DNA from: a virus
Direction: 5' to 3' (one strand)
IMG/VR virus record: IMGVR_UViG_3300005253_000069
Span: 1 to 41,794 of that record
DNA length: 41,794 nucleotides
In this document: positions 13,617 to 22,836 of the stretch, in pieces
Layout: the number at the start of each line of letters is the position of its first letter
Position numbering within the stretch: the first letter of the stretch is position 1
Notes under the pieces: model-generated
The model's database searches: none
What the model was told of the DNA's origin: nothing
The model's input: the letters and a program-made list of their open reading frames with translations, nothing else
Position numbers and translations under genes: made by a program

Positions 13617-14460
13617 GTTGTATAAACCTATATCAATAAGTGAGAGCGGGGGTGACAAGAACTTCAAAAGGGTTGTTGATGATAACTTCATCAACCTTGC
13701 GAGGCATCTTAATGATATCAGGCAATGGATTGATATACAGAAGCTAGATATTGACTTGGATGATATTGATGATGGTTCAAGTCATGTGAAGATGACGACT
13801 GCTGAGGATAGTAAGCTAGGAGGGATAGAGTCATTAGCTGATGTAACTGGAGACCACGAAGCAGCTACAATAGCTTCTCAAGGAAGCTTAGCTACTATGA
13901 GTGCAATTACTTCTGGTATTGATGTTGCTGCTCTCCAGGGTAGGTTGGTTTATGATAACACCCTTGCAGCCAATGCTACTTCTGTTACTCTATCTGGTCT
14001 AAGTGGAGATACTGACAAGGAGTATTTTATTGTAGCAAAATGGGTGAGGAATGGTGCTCTTAATGGTGGAGGGGGTAATTTTGGTGTTCAGTGTAATGGT
14101 GATACTGGGGTAAGTAACTATGGGTGGGAAACTATTTATAATGCTACAGGTGGTGGCAACAATGCTACAGGATGGAACGACCACACATGGTTTATGCTTT
14201 GGATGGGTAGGGCAGATACAGATGGGTATTTATCTATGGGTTATGGACATCTTTTAGCAGAGAGTGGATATGAAAGGATGCTTATAGGACAAATGCTTAG
14301 ACAGATTGACCCAACTGGTCACACTACACATAGCCTCTATTCCATGGGATGTACTTGGTGGAACTCGGTAGATGAAATAACCAACCTTCAATTTCTTGGA
14401 GAAGATGCAACATCAATGAAGATTGGGACACATCTTTTATTATATAAGAGGACAGCATAA
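13609..14460 (+). CDS. Tail-fibre-like / receptor-binding candidate
   Basis: 283 aa. HVKMTTAEDSKLGGIESLADVT matches the fibre-type x-E-x-x-K-L-x-G-I-E motif. The C-terminal domain is Gly/Asn/Trp-rich. Confidence 0.45.
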   Translation: MAELYKPISISESGGDKNFKRVVDDNFINLARHLNDIRQWIDIQKLDIDLDDIDDGSSHVKMTTAEDSKLGGIESLADVTGDHEAATIASQGSLATMSAITSGIDVAALQGRLVYDNTLAANATSVTLSGLSGDTDKEYFIVAKWVRNGALNGGGGNFGVQCNGDTGVSNYGWETIYNATGGGNNATGWNDHTWFMLWMGRADTDGYLSMGYGHLLAESGYERMLIGQMLRQIDPTGHTTHSLYSMGCTWWNSVDEITNLQFLGEDATSMKIGTHLLLYKRTA

Positions 14461-14705
14461 TGGATGTCGTTGAAGAAAGAGAATTTGAAGATACTGATGG
14501 TACGAAGGTTTATAGAAAGATTGGGGTTGGTAAGGACAAGTTTTTGGAGGAAGTAACTCATCTAGTACCAAGCCAGGCATTTATAGACAATGTTATCAAG
14601 CCGAGGAACTTGGTGTCTAAGCGATATAGAGATAAGGAAGAAAAGGCTGCGAAGATGCAGAAGAAGTATAAAGAATGGTATGAAAAGAAGTTTGGAGGTA
14701 ATTAA
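14460..14705 (+). CDS. Hypothetical protein
   Basis: 81-aa charged ORF, coupled to the upstream gene (TAATG). Confidence 0.55.
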   Translation: MDVVEEREFEDTDGTKVYRKIGVGKDKFLEEVTHLVPSQAFIDNVIKPRNLVSKRYRDKEEKAAKMQKKYKEWYEKKFGGN

Positions 14706-14864
14706 ATGTTCTGCCCGCAGCAGAGGTGTAAGCACTGGAGTGAAGCAACAAAGTATAACCGTAAGTGTTATTATGAAGTTCAATGCTGGAGAGGAATGAT
14801 TGATGAGTTTCTTGGACTCTTTGATTTAATAAGGAGAAGAGATGCCATACAAGAGGAAAAATAA
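14706..14864 (+). CDS. Possible 4-Cys micro-protein (52 aa)
   Basis: TAAATG coupling. Reads MFCPQQRCKHWSEATKYNRKCYYEVQCWRGMIDEF.... Below the track cut-off. Confidence 0.3.
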   Translation: MFCPQQRCKHWSEATKYNRKCYYEVQCWRGMIDEFLGLFDLIRRRDAIQEEK

Positions 14865-15060
14865 AACTGTTTACAAGAAGGTTGATGGGTTGAAGAAGAA
14901 AGGCAAGTCTAAGAGTGTTAAGAAGGCTAAGAGTTATATGAGAGTGTTGCAGGGTGTAGAGCATGGATGGAAGCCTACAGGCGTATCAACTAAGAAGAGT
15001 GCTTGGAAGGGTGGCAGTAGACAAGGTGTTAAGAAGGTGAAGAATGCCAAAAAGCGTTGA
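14842..15060 (+). CDS. Very basic Lys-rich protein
   Basis: 72 aa, roughly one third Lys/Arg (MPYKRKNKTVYKKVDGLKKKGKSKSVKKAKS...KKVKNAKKR), with SD AAGGAGAAGAGATG. Lies immediately upstream of the portal gene. Confidence 0.5.
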   Translation: MPYKRKNKTVYKKVDGLKKKGKSKSVKKAKSYMRVLQGVEHGWKPTGVSTKKSAWKGGSRQGVKKVKNAKKR

Positions 15061-16720
15061 GCTGTTAGAACAATGGAAGTCTGAGATAAGGAAGGCCATC
15101 AAGTATAGAGAGGACTTTGCTCTATCCAAGAGTTGGAAGAGATACTATGCCTACTATCGAGGACAGAAGAGGTCGGGGATATACTCCGTTAACAAGTATT
15201 TTAGTATGTTGAGGAGTGGTATACCTCGTATATACTTCCGCAATCCTAAGATTGTTGCAGCACCTACTCGACCTGGGTTTGAGGCATCAGCAGCAGTCGT
15301 TCAATCGGTTGATAATCATATCCTCAGGGAGATAAACATCAAGCAGACGATGAAGGCTGTGGTGCAAGATGCATTCTTCTGTAACAAGGGGTTTGTTAAA
15401 GTTGGGTATTCTAGAGAGTTTGGGGCATTACCACAGGTGGGAACAAAGACGCTTCCAGCAGATGAGGATATTGAGTATAATGTTTCGGTGAAGGAAGGGA
15501 TGCCGTGGGCATTGAGGACTAGCCCCGAGAGCTTCCTTGTGAAGTGGGGGACATCAACCTTGAATGATGTACAATGGGTTGCACATAAGGTGGTTAGACT
15601 ACTCGATGATGTTAAGAAAGATCCTATGTATGTTAATACATCCAAGCTTCAGGGTGGTTATGTTAGAGAGCTTAGGGGAAAGAAAGAGGGTGAGATGCTG
15701 GTATCCGAGCAAACGAAGTCGAGCCAGCAGGTGCAACTTTCTAGCAAGGGTGAAGAGGGAGAACAGTGGGTTGAGATATATGAGATTAGAGATGCGAAGA
15801 GGGGGGAGATACTTGCTATCAACCTCGACCATGATAAATTCCTGAGGAGTCCATCAAAGGATGAGTTGCAGATAGAGGGTGTTCCTTACGTCGACCTCTG
15901 TTTTAATCCTGATAATGATGTATTTTGGGGGCCGAGTGATGCAACGCTGTTAGAGTCGCATCAGAAGGAGATAAATGATGTCAAGTCTCAGATAAGTATG
16001 CACAGAAGGATTAACCTCATTAAGTTTTTGTATGATAGTGATTTGCTGACAAAGGAGAAGTTTGAGGCATTGATGTCGGGACAAATAGGTGGAGGGTTGG
16101 GCATCCCAGGGGTTACGAAGAATGCAATTATTGCTCTTCAGCCTGGTGAACCCTTGATACTTAAGCAAGATGCTATTGAGATTGAGCGTGACATTAACGA
16201 AACCCTTGGATTCCCTAGAACGGAGGCAGGGGAGTATGCTGGACCGCCTCGCAGAACTGCTAAAGAAGTTGAACAAGTATCCCAAGCTCATTGGATAAGG
16301 ATGGATGAACGAAGAGACTTGCTTGCTGACTTCCTTGTTAATGTTGTGAGGAAGATAAATCAGATTATCTTTACTAACTGGACAACGGAGCATGTAGCTC
16401 CAGTAGTTGGGCCAGACAAAGCCATTTATTGGGTTAAGTATACAGGGGCGCAGATTATGGGTGAGTATGACTTTACTGTTAATATAGACACTGGTAAGCC
16501 CATCACCATGGATACCAGGAGGGCAGAGGCAGAGAGGATTCTTGACAAGGTGAAGGGTGATCCTAATGCAGCGCAGTTTGTGAATGTTCAGGAGTTGTGG
16601 AAAAATGCCCTCAGTCTATATGACTGGATTGATGTTGATAAGATAATGAAAACATCTCAGACAGGGGCGCAGGTTACTGACATGGCAGGGCTTCAACAGA
16701 TGTTTGGGAGGGGAGCATGA
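15044..16720 (+). CDS. Portal protein (candidate)
   Basis: 558 aa. This is the only portal-sized ORF between terminase and the scaffold/capsid genes. The call rests on size and position, not a diagnostic motif. Confidence 0.65.
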   Translation: MPKSVELLEQWKSEIRKAIKYREDFALSKSWKRYYAYYRGQKRSGIYSVNKYFSMLRSGIPRIYFRNPKIVAAPTRPGFEASAAVVQSVDNHILREINIKQTMKAVVQDAFFCNKGFVKVGYSREFGALPQVGTKTLPADEDIEYNVSVKEGMPWALRTSPESFLVKWGTSTLNDVQWVAHKVVRLLDDVKKDPMYVNTSKLQGGYVRELRGKKEGEMLVSEQTKSSQQVQLSSKGEEGEQWVEIYEIRDAKRGEILAINLDHDKFLRSPSKDELQIEGVPYVDLCFNPDNDVFWGPSDATLLESHQKEINDVKSQISMHRRINLIKFLYDSDLLTKEKFEALMSGQIGGGLGIPGVTKNAIIALQPGEPLILKQDAIEIERDINETLGFPRTEAGEYAGPPRRTAKEVEQVSQAHWIRMDERRDLLADFLVNVVRKINQIIFTNWTTEHVAPVVGPDKAIYWVKYTGAQIMGEYDFTVNIDTGKPITMDTRRAEAERILDKVKGDPNAAQFVNVQELWKNALSLYDWIDVDKIMKTSQTGAQVTDMAGLQQMFGRGA

Positions 16721-16938
16721 GGAAGATAGTAGGGATTATTAGGGATGGTAAATACAACCCCCTTGAACAACCTATAGACAAGCCAGGCGTGGGTATGGGA
16801 CTGTCTGAGTCAAGACCCTTCAAGCCAACGAAGTTTGAGACATTGGAGGGTGAACCTGTAATAACATCAAAGAGACAACTTAAAGATATATGTGACAAAG
16901 CGGGATTAAGAAGTGGACTTATTGAGAATTCATGTTAG
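16717..16938 (+). CDS. Hypothetical protein
   Basis: 73-aa ORF coupled to the portal stop (ATGA). Confidence 0.5.
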   Translation: MRKIVGIIRDGKYNPLEQPIDKPGVGMGLSESRPFKPTKFETLEGEPVITSKRQLKDICDKAGLRSGLIENSC

Positions 16939-16947
16939 GAGGCGAAC

Positions 16948-17157
16948 ATGTTCATAGCTCGTAAGGGCACTCCGATACCGAAGAATAGAGTGCTGAAGAG
17001 TGGTGAAAAGAGGTTTACACTTATACTCAAGCCAGGTGGTTATGAGTACAAGTTTGAACCCAAGAATTGGAATGGGAAGGATGTCCAACTCATTCGAAGG
17101 TTAGCAAGGCGAGTGTACTTGTTACACAAATATGATTTGAGAAAAAGGAGTAAGTGA
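16948..17157 (+). CDS. Hypothetical basic protein
   Basis: 69-aa ORF, SD AGGAGG 6 nt upstream. Confidence 0.5.
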   Translation: MFIARKGTPIPKNRVLKSGEKRFTLILKPGGYEYKFEPKNWNGKDVQLIRRLARRVYLLHKYDLRKRSK

Positions 17158-17798
17158 TGGCTGAAGGCGATGCAGAAGGAAAACAAAATGCAGCCCCATC
17201 AGCAAGTGATGGGGATAAAGATGAGGCTAAATTACTTCGCACGGAGAATGAGGGGTTGAAAGCATCTGTTGCTTCACAGAGGGCAGAAATAGATGACATC
17301 AAAGCCACTCTTCTAGCTGCTCGTAGTCAACCACCAGCAGCAACTCAACCAGCCGAAGGTGGGTTCAAGATGCCTTCGAGGGATGAGTTGGATGTAATGA
17401 CACAGACGGAGCTGGTGAAAACACTCGGGTCGATGATGGATGAAAAAATCCAAAAGGGTGTAGCTCCCAGAATCCAAGAGATTGACCAGCGGGTGATAGA
17501 AGAGAGGATGGCAAGAGGTATTGCAGATGCAGCAGGGAAGTATAAGGACTTTGGTAGTCACCAGAGGCAGATGAGGATTATCTTGGCTAAGATTGCTAGA
17601 GATGGTGTGAGTCCAACCGATTTGTATAAACTAGCTTCATGGAAAGCGACTGAGAAGGCAACACCAACAACAAAGCCAACGACAGGTGAGAAGCCCACAG
17701 GTGGTACTACAGCACCAACTTCAACTGAGAACTTAACTCCTCAACAAATAGCGAGTAAGAAGTTTGATGACCTCATGGAGAAACAAGGGAAGAAGTAA
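17154..17798 (+). CDS. Scaffolding protein (candidate)
   Basis: 214 aa, Ala/Glu/Lys-rich, predicted helical or coiled. It lies directly between portal and major capsid and is coupled to both neighbours. Confidence 0.55.
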   Translation: MMAEGDAEGKQNAAPSASDGDKDEAKLLRTENEGLKASVASQRAEIDDIKATLLAARSQPPAATQPAEGGFKMPSRDELDVMTQTELVKTLGSMMDEKIQKGVAPRIQEIDQRVIEERMARGIADAAGKYKDFGSHQRQMRIILAKIARDGVSPTDLYKLASWKATEKATPTTKPTTGEKPTGGTTAPTSTENLTPQQIASKKFDDLMEKQGKK

Positions 17799-18781
17799 TG
17801 GCTACATTTACAGAGACTTTGGATGATTTGTATATAACCACCTTCCAGGAGATGAGGAAGGAGATCGTAGATAATATATTTGCAGCTACTCCATTCTACT
17901 TCTGGTTGATGAAGAAGGGTGGGGTTAAGGAAGATAGTTCAGGTGGCAAGTGGTTAGGTGTACCTCTACTCATAGCTAAGAATGACACTGTTGGTCCATA
18001 TCAGAAGGGTGGAACGTTTAGTGTTACTAGGACTGACAAGTTGGACTTGGCTAGGTATGATTGGAAGTACATGGGAGGTTCGCTCATCAGGTATAAGACT
18101 GAGGAGCTGACTAATAGAGGAAAGGCTAAGATTATAGATAGGATGTTGCATGAGATTGACACCTTGAAGCTCAGTCTTATTGACTATATTGAGACTACGT
18201 TGTTTAGTGATGGTTCAGGCAACTCTGGGCTTGACTTCAACGGACTGGATATCATCTGTGATGAAGACCCGACGAGTGCAGTTACATCTCCACAGGTTGA
18301 AGTGGGTGGAATTGCACAGGCAAGTAACTCCTTCTGGAGAAATGCATATAGACAAATGGATAGTGATGGGACTGTTATTGAGCTGCATATGATGAAGAGC
18401 TGGAAGTATGTTCAGAGAGCATGCACAAACGGAAACGATAAGCCCGACATCATGGTAACAACCGATGAGATTCTCGACTTCTATGAGGATGAGTGTCTTG
18501 AGATGAAGGTTATTGAGAACAAGGACTTGGGAGATGCAGGGTTTAGAAACCTGACTTGGAGAGGAACACCTATCATCGACTCACCAAGCTGCAAGAGTGG
18601 AAGTACCTACTTCCTCAACACCAGATACTTGAACTGGATTGCACAAGCTGGAGCTAACTTCGAGATGACTGAGTGGAAGACTGCGCCTGATACACTGGAT
18701 AGATATGCACAGGTGTTTGTGTCTGGAAACTTGGTGACATCGAATCGAGCGAGACAGGGTATTGTGTTTGACATAGACTAG
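17798..18781 (+). CDS. Major capsid protein (HK97-fold candidate)
   Basis: 327 aa following the scaffold (TAATG coupling). The N-terminal FYFWLMKKGG...GGKWLGVPL and central RYDWKYMGGSL...NRGKAKIIDRM segments resemble podovirus-type major capsid families as recalled from memory. Confidence 0.65.
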   Translation: MATFTETLDDLYITTFQEMRKEIVDNIFAATPFYFWLMKKGGVKEDSSGGKWLGVPLLIAKNDTVGPYQKGGTFSVTRTDKLDLARYDWKYMGGSLIRYKTEELTNRGKAKIIDRMLHEIDTLKLSLIDYIETTLFSDGSGNSGLDFNGLDIICDEDPTSAVTSPQVEVGGIAQASNSFWRNAYRQMDSDGTVIELHMMKSWKYVQRACTNGNDKPDIMVTTDEILDFYEDECLEMKVIENKDLGDAGFRNLTWRGTPIIDSPSCKSGSTYFLNTRYLNWIAQAGANFEMTEWKTAPDTLDRYAQVFVSGNLVTSNRARQGIVFDID

Positions 18782-18853
18782 TAGAACTACCCTCCACAGT
18801 CTGAAGCCAATCGGGCTGATGAGGTAGCCAAAAAACCAAATGGAGGTTTTACA

Positions 18854-19681
18854 ATGACTATACCTGCAAGAACAGAGGATGTAAGAACGAACCTGCCTGG
18901 TGGAAGAGGGCAGACTTTTGGAGTGCGTGCTGTAGCACAGGGGATTTACCAAGCATCTGCGACTCCTCAAACACATGTTGGAGATAGGTTGCAGCTCTGG
19001 GGTGATAGGGTGTTTCGTTATGGTCACTTTGTCGCTGACTATACTACCCAGTATGTTGGTGGGTACTTAGTTGCTCCAGATACAAGTGCGAATGACTTGG
19101 CGTTGTTGGATGACTTGGTACTAAGTGCTGGAAACTATCCATCGACTGCAGGGATGACGAAGATTGAGATTACAGCATCTAGCATCACAAAGGATAGGTT
19201 TAAGAACGGTACGTTGCACATTGTAGATGGCGCAGGTGAGGGTTATACCTACTTCATCAAGCGTAACAGTGCTACTGGGTCGAAGCTGGACACTAATGAC
19301 CTAGACCTTGCTGCAGCCACCTCCTTTGTGCTGGAACTCTATGATGGAGTAATCATAGCCTTGGTTGTATCTGACACAGACATTGCGATTGTGGGTAATA
19401 TATACGAGAACCTGATACCAGCTACCACTACAGACTTGTGTGCAGTTGGTGTCTCGATGCTCGCAATAGATTACTCAGAAGAGCCCTACGCTTGGGTACA
19501 GACTTGGGGACCTGCTACTGTCTTGAACAATGGAGGTCTTAGCAAGGGAGAGTTGATGGCTTTGAATGATGCAGGAAGTGCTGATTTAGAAAGTGCATAC
19601 ACTACACCACGAGTTGGATATTGTTTAGCGACTGCTGTTACTGCTGAACAGGCTCCAGTGTATCTAAAAATGGCGCCTTAG
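18854..19681 (+). CDS. Virion structural protein (possible capsid decoration/cement protein)
   Basis: 275-aa ORF immediately after the capsid gene, SD TGGAGG. The function is positional inference only. Confidence 0.4.
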   Translation: MTIPARTEDVRTNLPGGRGQTFGVRAVAQGIYQASATPQTHVGDRLQLWGDRVFRYGHFVADYTTQYVGGYLVAPDTSANDLALLDDLVLSAGNYPSTAGMTKIEITASSITKDRFKNGTLHIVDGAGEGYTYFIKRNSATGSKLDTNDLDLAAATSFVLELYDGVIIALVVSDTDIAIVGNIYENLIPATTTDLCAVGVSMLAIDYSEEPYAWVQTWGPATVLNNGGLSKGELMALNDAGSADLESAYTTPRVGYCLATAVTAEQAPVYLKMAP

Positions 19682-19773
19682 GATTAGATTGTAAACTAGG
19701 GGGAGGTGTAAAAGCCTCCTCCACAAAAAAGCCAGAGATGGCGCAACGCCTTAGATGGCGTAGGAGGATTTAG

Positions 19774-20700
19774 ATGAGTACAACTTCTCTACTGAACAGG
19801 AAGTTAAGAAAACAGATTCTGTATGAACAATGGATGAGGCGATTTCCACAGCCTCAGGAGATGTTCTATGGAGAGACATACTTTGTAGATGGTGTAAATG
19901 GAAGTAGCAGCTACGATGGGCTTACCATGGAACATGCAGTTGATACTGTAACTGATGGTATTGCACTGAATAACGCTGATATAGCACTTAATGCTCAACA
20001 CAACAATAAAATCTACATCATGGGAGGTACTTATGCAGAGGATATAACTGGAGCAAGCCAATGCGACTTAATTGGATTGGATATAAGCAGGTCAGGCTGG
20101 AGTCCTCGAATTGCAGGCACAGTGATTTGTAACAACATAAAGGGCATGCGCCTCTTTAACTTGCAGATTTTGACGGATGGTTCTGAGCCAACGGTTAAGA
20201 CTTCAGGAGGTATAAGTCCACACAACTTCGAGATGCACAACTGCGAAATCAGAATGTCTGCTAGTGAGACCTATGGCTTCCACATGTATGGAAATGCCTA
20301 CTATGTGAAAATCGTAAATTGTAGGTTTACTGATGATCACGATTATGGTATTTACATAGAGGGTAACTGTAAAGGACTTCAAATTATAGGTAACTATATA
20401 AGTGCTAAGACTTGTGGAGTCTACTTCAAGCAAGGTATTACTACTGACCATGATAGCATGATTAGAGGTAATATGATACTCCGTGGGCAGGGTGCAACTG
20501 CTCTTGTAACAGGAATTGACTTTGCTATGACTAATAGGACTCCTAATGTTAAGGTCATACACAACTGGATAGCTGCTGCAGATGCAATTCACTACGGTAG
20601 TACTTCCGACCCTACTTTCGTTGAGGAACTGAGTTGTATTGATAATCACGTTGTTAGTTCAGCTGCAGGTACTGGTGTGATTGAGACTGCAGAATCGTAA
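19774..20700 (+). CDS. Right-handed beta-helix (pectate-lyase-fold) protein, tailspike/depolymerase candidate
   Basis: 308 aa with repeated about 22-aa coils: NCEIRMS.., IVNCRFTDDHDYGIYIEGNCKGLQIIGNYISAKTCGVYF, IRGNMILRG.. These are typical of parallel beta-helix repeats. Confidence 0.5.
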   Translation: MSTTSLLNRKLRKQILYEQWMRRFPQPQEMFYGETYFVDGVNGSSSYDGLTMEHAVDTVTDGIALNNADIALNAQHNNKIYIMGGTYAEDITGASQCDLIGLDISRSGWSPRIAGTVICNNIKGMRLFNLQILTDGSEPTVKTSGGISPHNFEMHNCEIRMSASETYGFHMYGNAYYVKIVNCRFTDDHDYGIYIEGNCKGLQIIGNYISAKTCGVYFKQGITTDHDSMIRGNMILRGQGATALVTGIDFAMTNRTPNVKVIHNWIAAADAIHYGSTSDPTFVEELSCIDNHVVSSAAGTGVIETAES

Positions 20701-20753
20701 TGAGTAAAAAGGCTTGGGGGCAGCCTTCAATGCCCCCACAGGGAGGTAAGTAA

Positions 20754-21062
20754 ATGCCATTAAACATAAAGCAAATAGGTTGGAGTTTCTCTGCTGAGTT
20801 GGGTGTTGCTACAAATGTTGTAACAACGTCTCCAGGAACTTTACATGGTTTTTTGATTGAGACTGATGGTACAAACTACGTTACTGTGCAGTGTTATAAC
20901 CATGCTAGTGCTGCTACTAATCCAATGACACCCTCAATTGTAGTGCCTGGCACTGATAGATATGGAGGTGTTGTAGGTTTAGGTGCTGCATTCCTCAATG
21001 GATGTGTGTGTGTTGTTAGTGGAACTGGTGCAGTGGTTACTGTTTATTATAGGTTGAGGTAG
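20754..21062 (+). CDS. Hypothetical structural protein
   Basis: 102-aa beta-rich ORF, SD GGGAGG. Confidence 0.5.
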   Translation: MPLNIKQIGWSFSAELGVATNVVTTSPGTLHGFLIETDGTNYVTVQCYNHASAATNPMTPSIVVPGTDRYGGVVGLGAAFLNGCVCVVSGTGAVVTVYYRLR

Positions 21063-21077
21063 GAAGGAGGCTAAATT

Positions 21078-21674
21078 ATGGGAATAATTAGAGGAATAGG
21101 TCCACGTTGCAGAAAGCAAGTAACAGGGCAAATTGTGCAATATGATAGTATGGATGATGATGGTCAACTTCAGGAGGGCTATGCTAGAAAATATGTAGCT
21201 CTTAGTACAGGAGATTATGCTGGTACGACTGACATTATTGTAAATGGCAAAACAATAGCTATGGAAAATGCCTGTGTTATTGACCAAAACAGTGGCCTTA
21301 TGTGGCTGAAAAATACGCCAGATTCGGACATTGGGGTAGGGAATGACGGACAGCTCTATTGGATTGATGCTGTAAATAATGAGGATATATTTACCTTTTG
21401 TGATGCAGCGAATACACAGACTCTAGCAGGCCATTCTGACTGGCGAGTGCCAAATGTGTTTGAGCTTTTCTCGCTGGTTGTTGAGGATGCTGGGATTGGT
21501 GCTCCTTACATAGATACCACTTATTTTCAGTGCATATCTGCTTATTACTGGCCTTCTACTACGTATCCCACAGGTGCAGCGGGTGCCCTGCTCGTGGCTT
21601 TCGATCTCGGTCGTGTGTACGGCGGTACTAAGACTACAGGCCTGTACTATGTGCGCTTAGTCAGGGGAGGCTAA
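21078..21674 (+). CDS. DUF1566 (Lcl C-terminal domain)-like protein
   Basis: 198 aa. SGLMWLKN, DWRVPNVFELFSL and YYWPSTTY match the DUF1566 signature (W-x-K, WRLP..EL, YWSST). Confidence 0.6.
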   Translation: MGIIRGIGPRCRKQVTGQIVQYDSMDDDGQLQEGYARKYVALSTGDYAGTTDIIVNGKTIAMENACVIDQNSGLMWLKNTPDSDIGVGNDGQLYWIDAVNNEDIFTFCDAANTQTLAGHSDWRVPNVFELFSLVVEDAGIGAPYIDTTYFQCISAYYWPSTTYPTGAAGALLVAFDLGRVYGGTKTTGLYYVRLVRGG

Positions 21675-21675
21675 T

Positions 21676-21936
21676 ATGATTGATTTAGAAAGAGAAACTC
21701 AAGAAACTACACAAGTAACAAAGGGAAAAAATGGAAGAACTTTTCAAACATACGAGACAAAGTATGTGGATACAGGAGAGCTAGTTGGAAAGAGGGAAGA
21801 AACAACCACCTATTATGCTACTGGTGAGTTGAAAAAAATAAAGCAGAAACGTTTTGATGCTAATGGAAATTTATTGAAAGAAAGGAACATTAAGTATTTT
21901 AAGGATGGAAGACAGCCAGAGATTGAGATGGAGTAA
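21676..21936 (+). CDS. Hypothetical protein
   Basis: 86-aa Lys/Glu/Thr-rich ORF. Its start lies one base after the stop of the upstream gene (stop 21672-21674, ATG 21676). Confidence 0.55.
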   Translation: MIDLERETQETTQVTKGKNGRTFQTYETKYVDTGELVGKREETTTYYATGELKKIKQKRFDANGNLLKERNIKYFKDGRQPEIEME

Positions 21937-21973
21937 CTGAAGCCGTTAAAAAGGCACAATATGGAGTAATGCT

Positions 21974-22669
21974 ATGGCTATGACCCGTGCTACAATGGTA
22001 ACTCAGGTTGGGGAGATGACAGGGAGGTCAGATAAGGATACTGAGATTGCAGTCTACCTCAACTGGGGACAGGTAATTATTGCTAGAGCTCATACTTTTT
22101 CATACATGGTGAAAAACAAGTATATGAGTACTGTGGATGGAACTGAGAACTATGCCTTTCCATCAACGATGAAGTCCTTCTACAGCTTGAGAGTGCAAAC
22201 CTCTGGGTATAAGAGGAAGTTGATTAACAGAACAACGAGGGCTAAGGATATTCGTGTACCCTTTCCAGGGGGTGAGTCTGAGGGATGTCCCATCTACTAT
22301 AATCCATGGGGCAGGAGCTTTGAACTATCTCCTATTCCAGATGCAGTTTATACTGTCTACCTAAGGTGTGAAGTATGGCCTAGTGATATGGCAACAGGAG
22401 ACACCTCAGACTTGTTGTATTTGGATGATGCACTGTGTGAGTATGGAGCTTGGCAACTTGCTAAGTCCCTCAACCTAGATAAGGAAACAACGAGGTTTAG
22501 GGGTGAGTTTGGAAGCAGTTTGGCGAAGGTTATAAAGGTCGACACCAGAGACATTGGAGGCGAGGAACAGCTTATAGCACAGCCTTTTGCAGATGGTAGT
22601 TTGATGTTAGCACCTGGAGAAGCTACTGACTACTGGAAAAGAGCAGACTTTTTGAGGAGCCCAATGTGA
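21974..22669 (+). CDS. Virion protein (head-tail adaptor / tail tubular candidate)
   Basis: 231-aa ORF in the structural block. The assignment is positional only. Confidence 0.4.
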   Translation: MAMTRATMVTQVGEMTGRSDKDTEIAVYLNWGQVIIARAHTFSYMVKNKYMSTVDGTENYAFPSTMKSFYSLRVQTSGYKRKLINRTTRAKDIRVPFPGGESEGCPIYYNPWGRSFELSPIPDAVYTVYLRCEVWPSDMATGDTSDLLYLDDALCEYGAWQLAKSLNLDKETTRFRGEFGSSLAKVIKVDTRDIGGEEQLIAQPFADGSLMLAPGEATDYWKRADFLRSPM

Positions 22670-22704
22670 ATAGAGAACCTAAACCAGAGTGTGATTTTGG
22701 CGTG

Positions 22705-22827
22705 ATGGTTAATACTAAATTGGAGTATATAACCAAACAGCTTGAGAAAATAAATGGTAGGATGTGGCGGTTGATATGGATTGTGGTGGCTATTGCTGCT
22801 GCAGCAACTATAAAGGACTTTTTTTAG
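22705..22827 (+). CDS. Micro-ORF with C-terminal TM helix (40 aa)
   Basis: MVNTKLEYITKQLEKINGRMWRLIWIVVAIAAAATIKDFF. An in-frame GTG at 22666 could extend it. Below the track cut-off. Confidence 0.3.
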   Translation: MVNTKLEYITKQLEKINGRMWRLIWIVVAIAAAATIKDFF

Positions 22828-22836
22828 GAGAGTTGG

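Noticed and set aside
12576-14460. Diversity-generating retroelement acting on the fibre-like genes
   Set aside because: No reverse-transcriptase-like ORF exists anywhere in the genome, and I saw no template/variable repeat pair near these genes.
19682-19773. GGAGG...CCTCC hairpin after 19681, and AAGGCT/AGCCTT and GGGGGC/GCCCCC hairpins after 20700, as intrinsic terminators
   Set aside because: None is followed by a U-tract on the transcribed strand. They may affect mRNA stability but do not fit the rho-independent terminator pattern.
15316-20649. Internal antisense or out-of-frame ORFs within the portal, capsid and beta-helix genes (for example 15316-15645, 15950-16393, 18581-19027, 20203-20649)
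   Set aside because: They are fully nested in longer, better-supported ORFs with SDs and coupling, and their composition is typical of shadow frames. The same reasoning applies to 26232-26717, 26974-27407 and 31193-31735.
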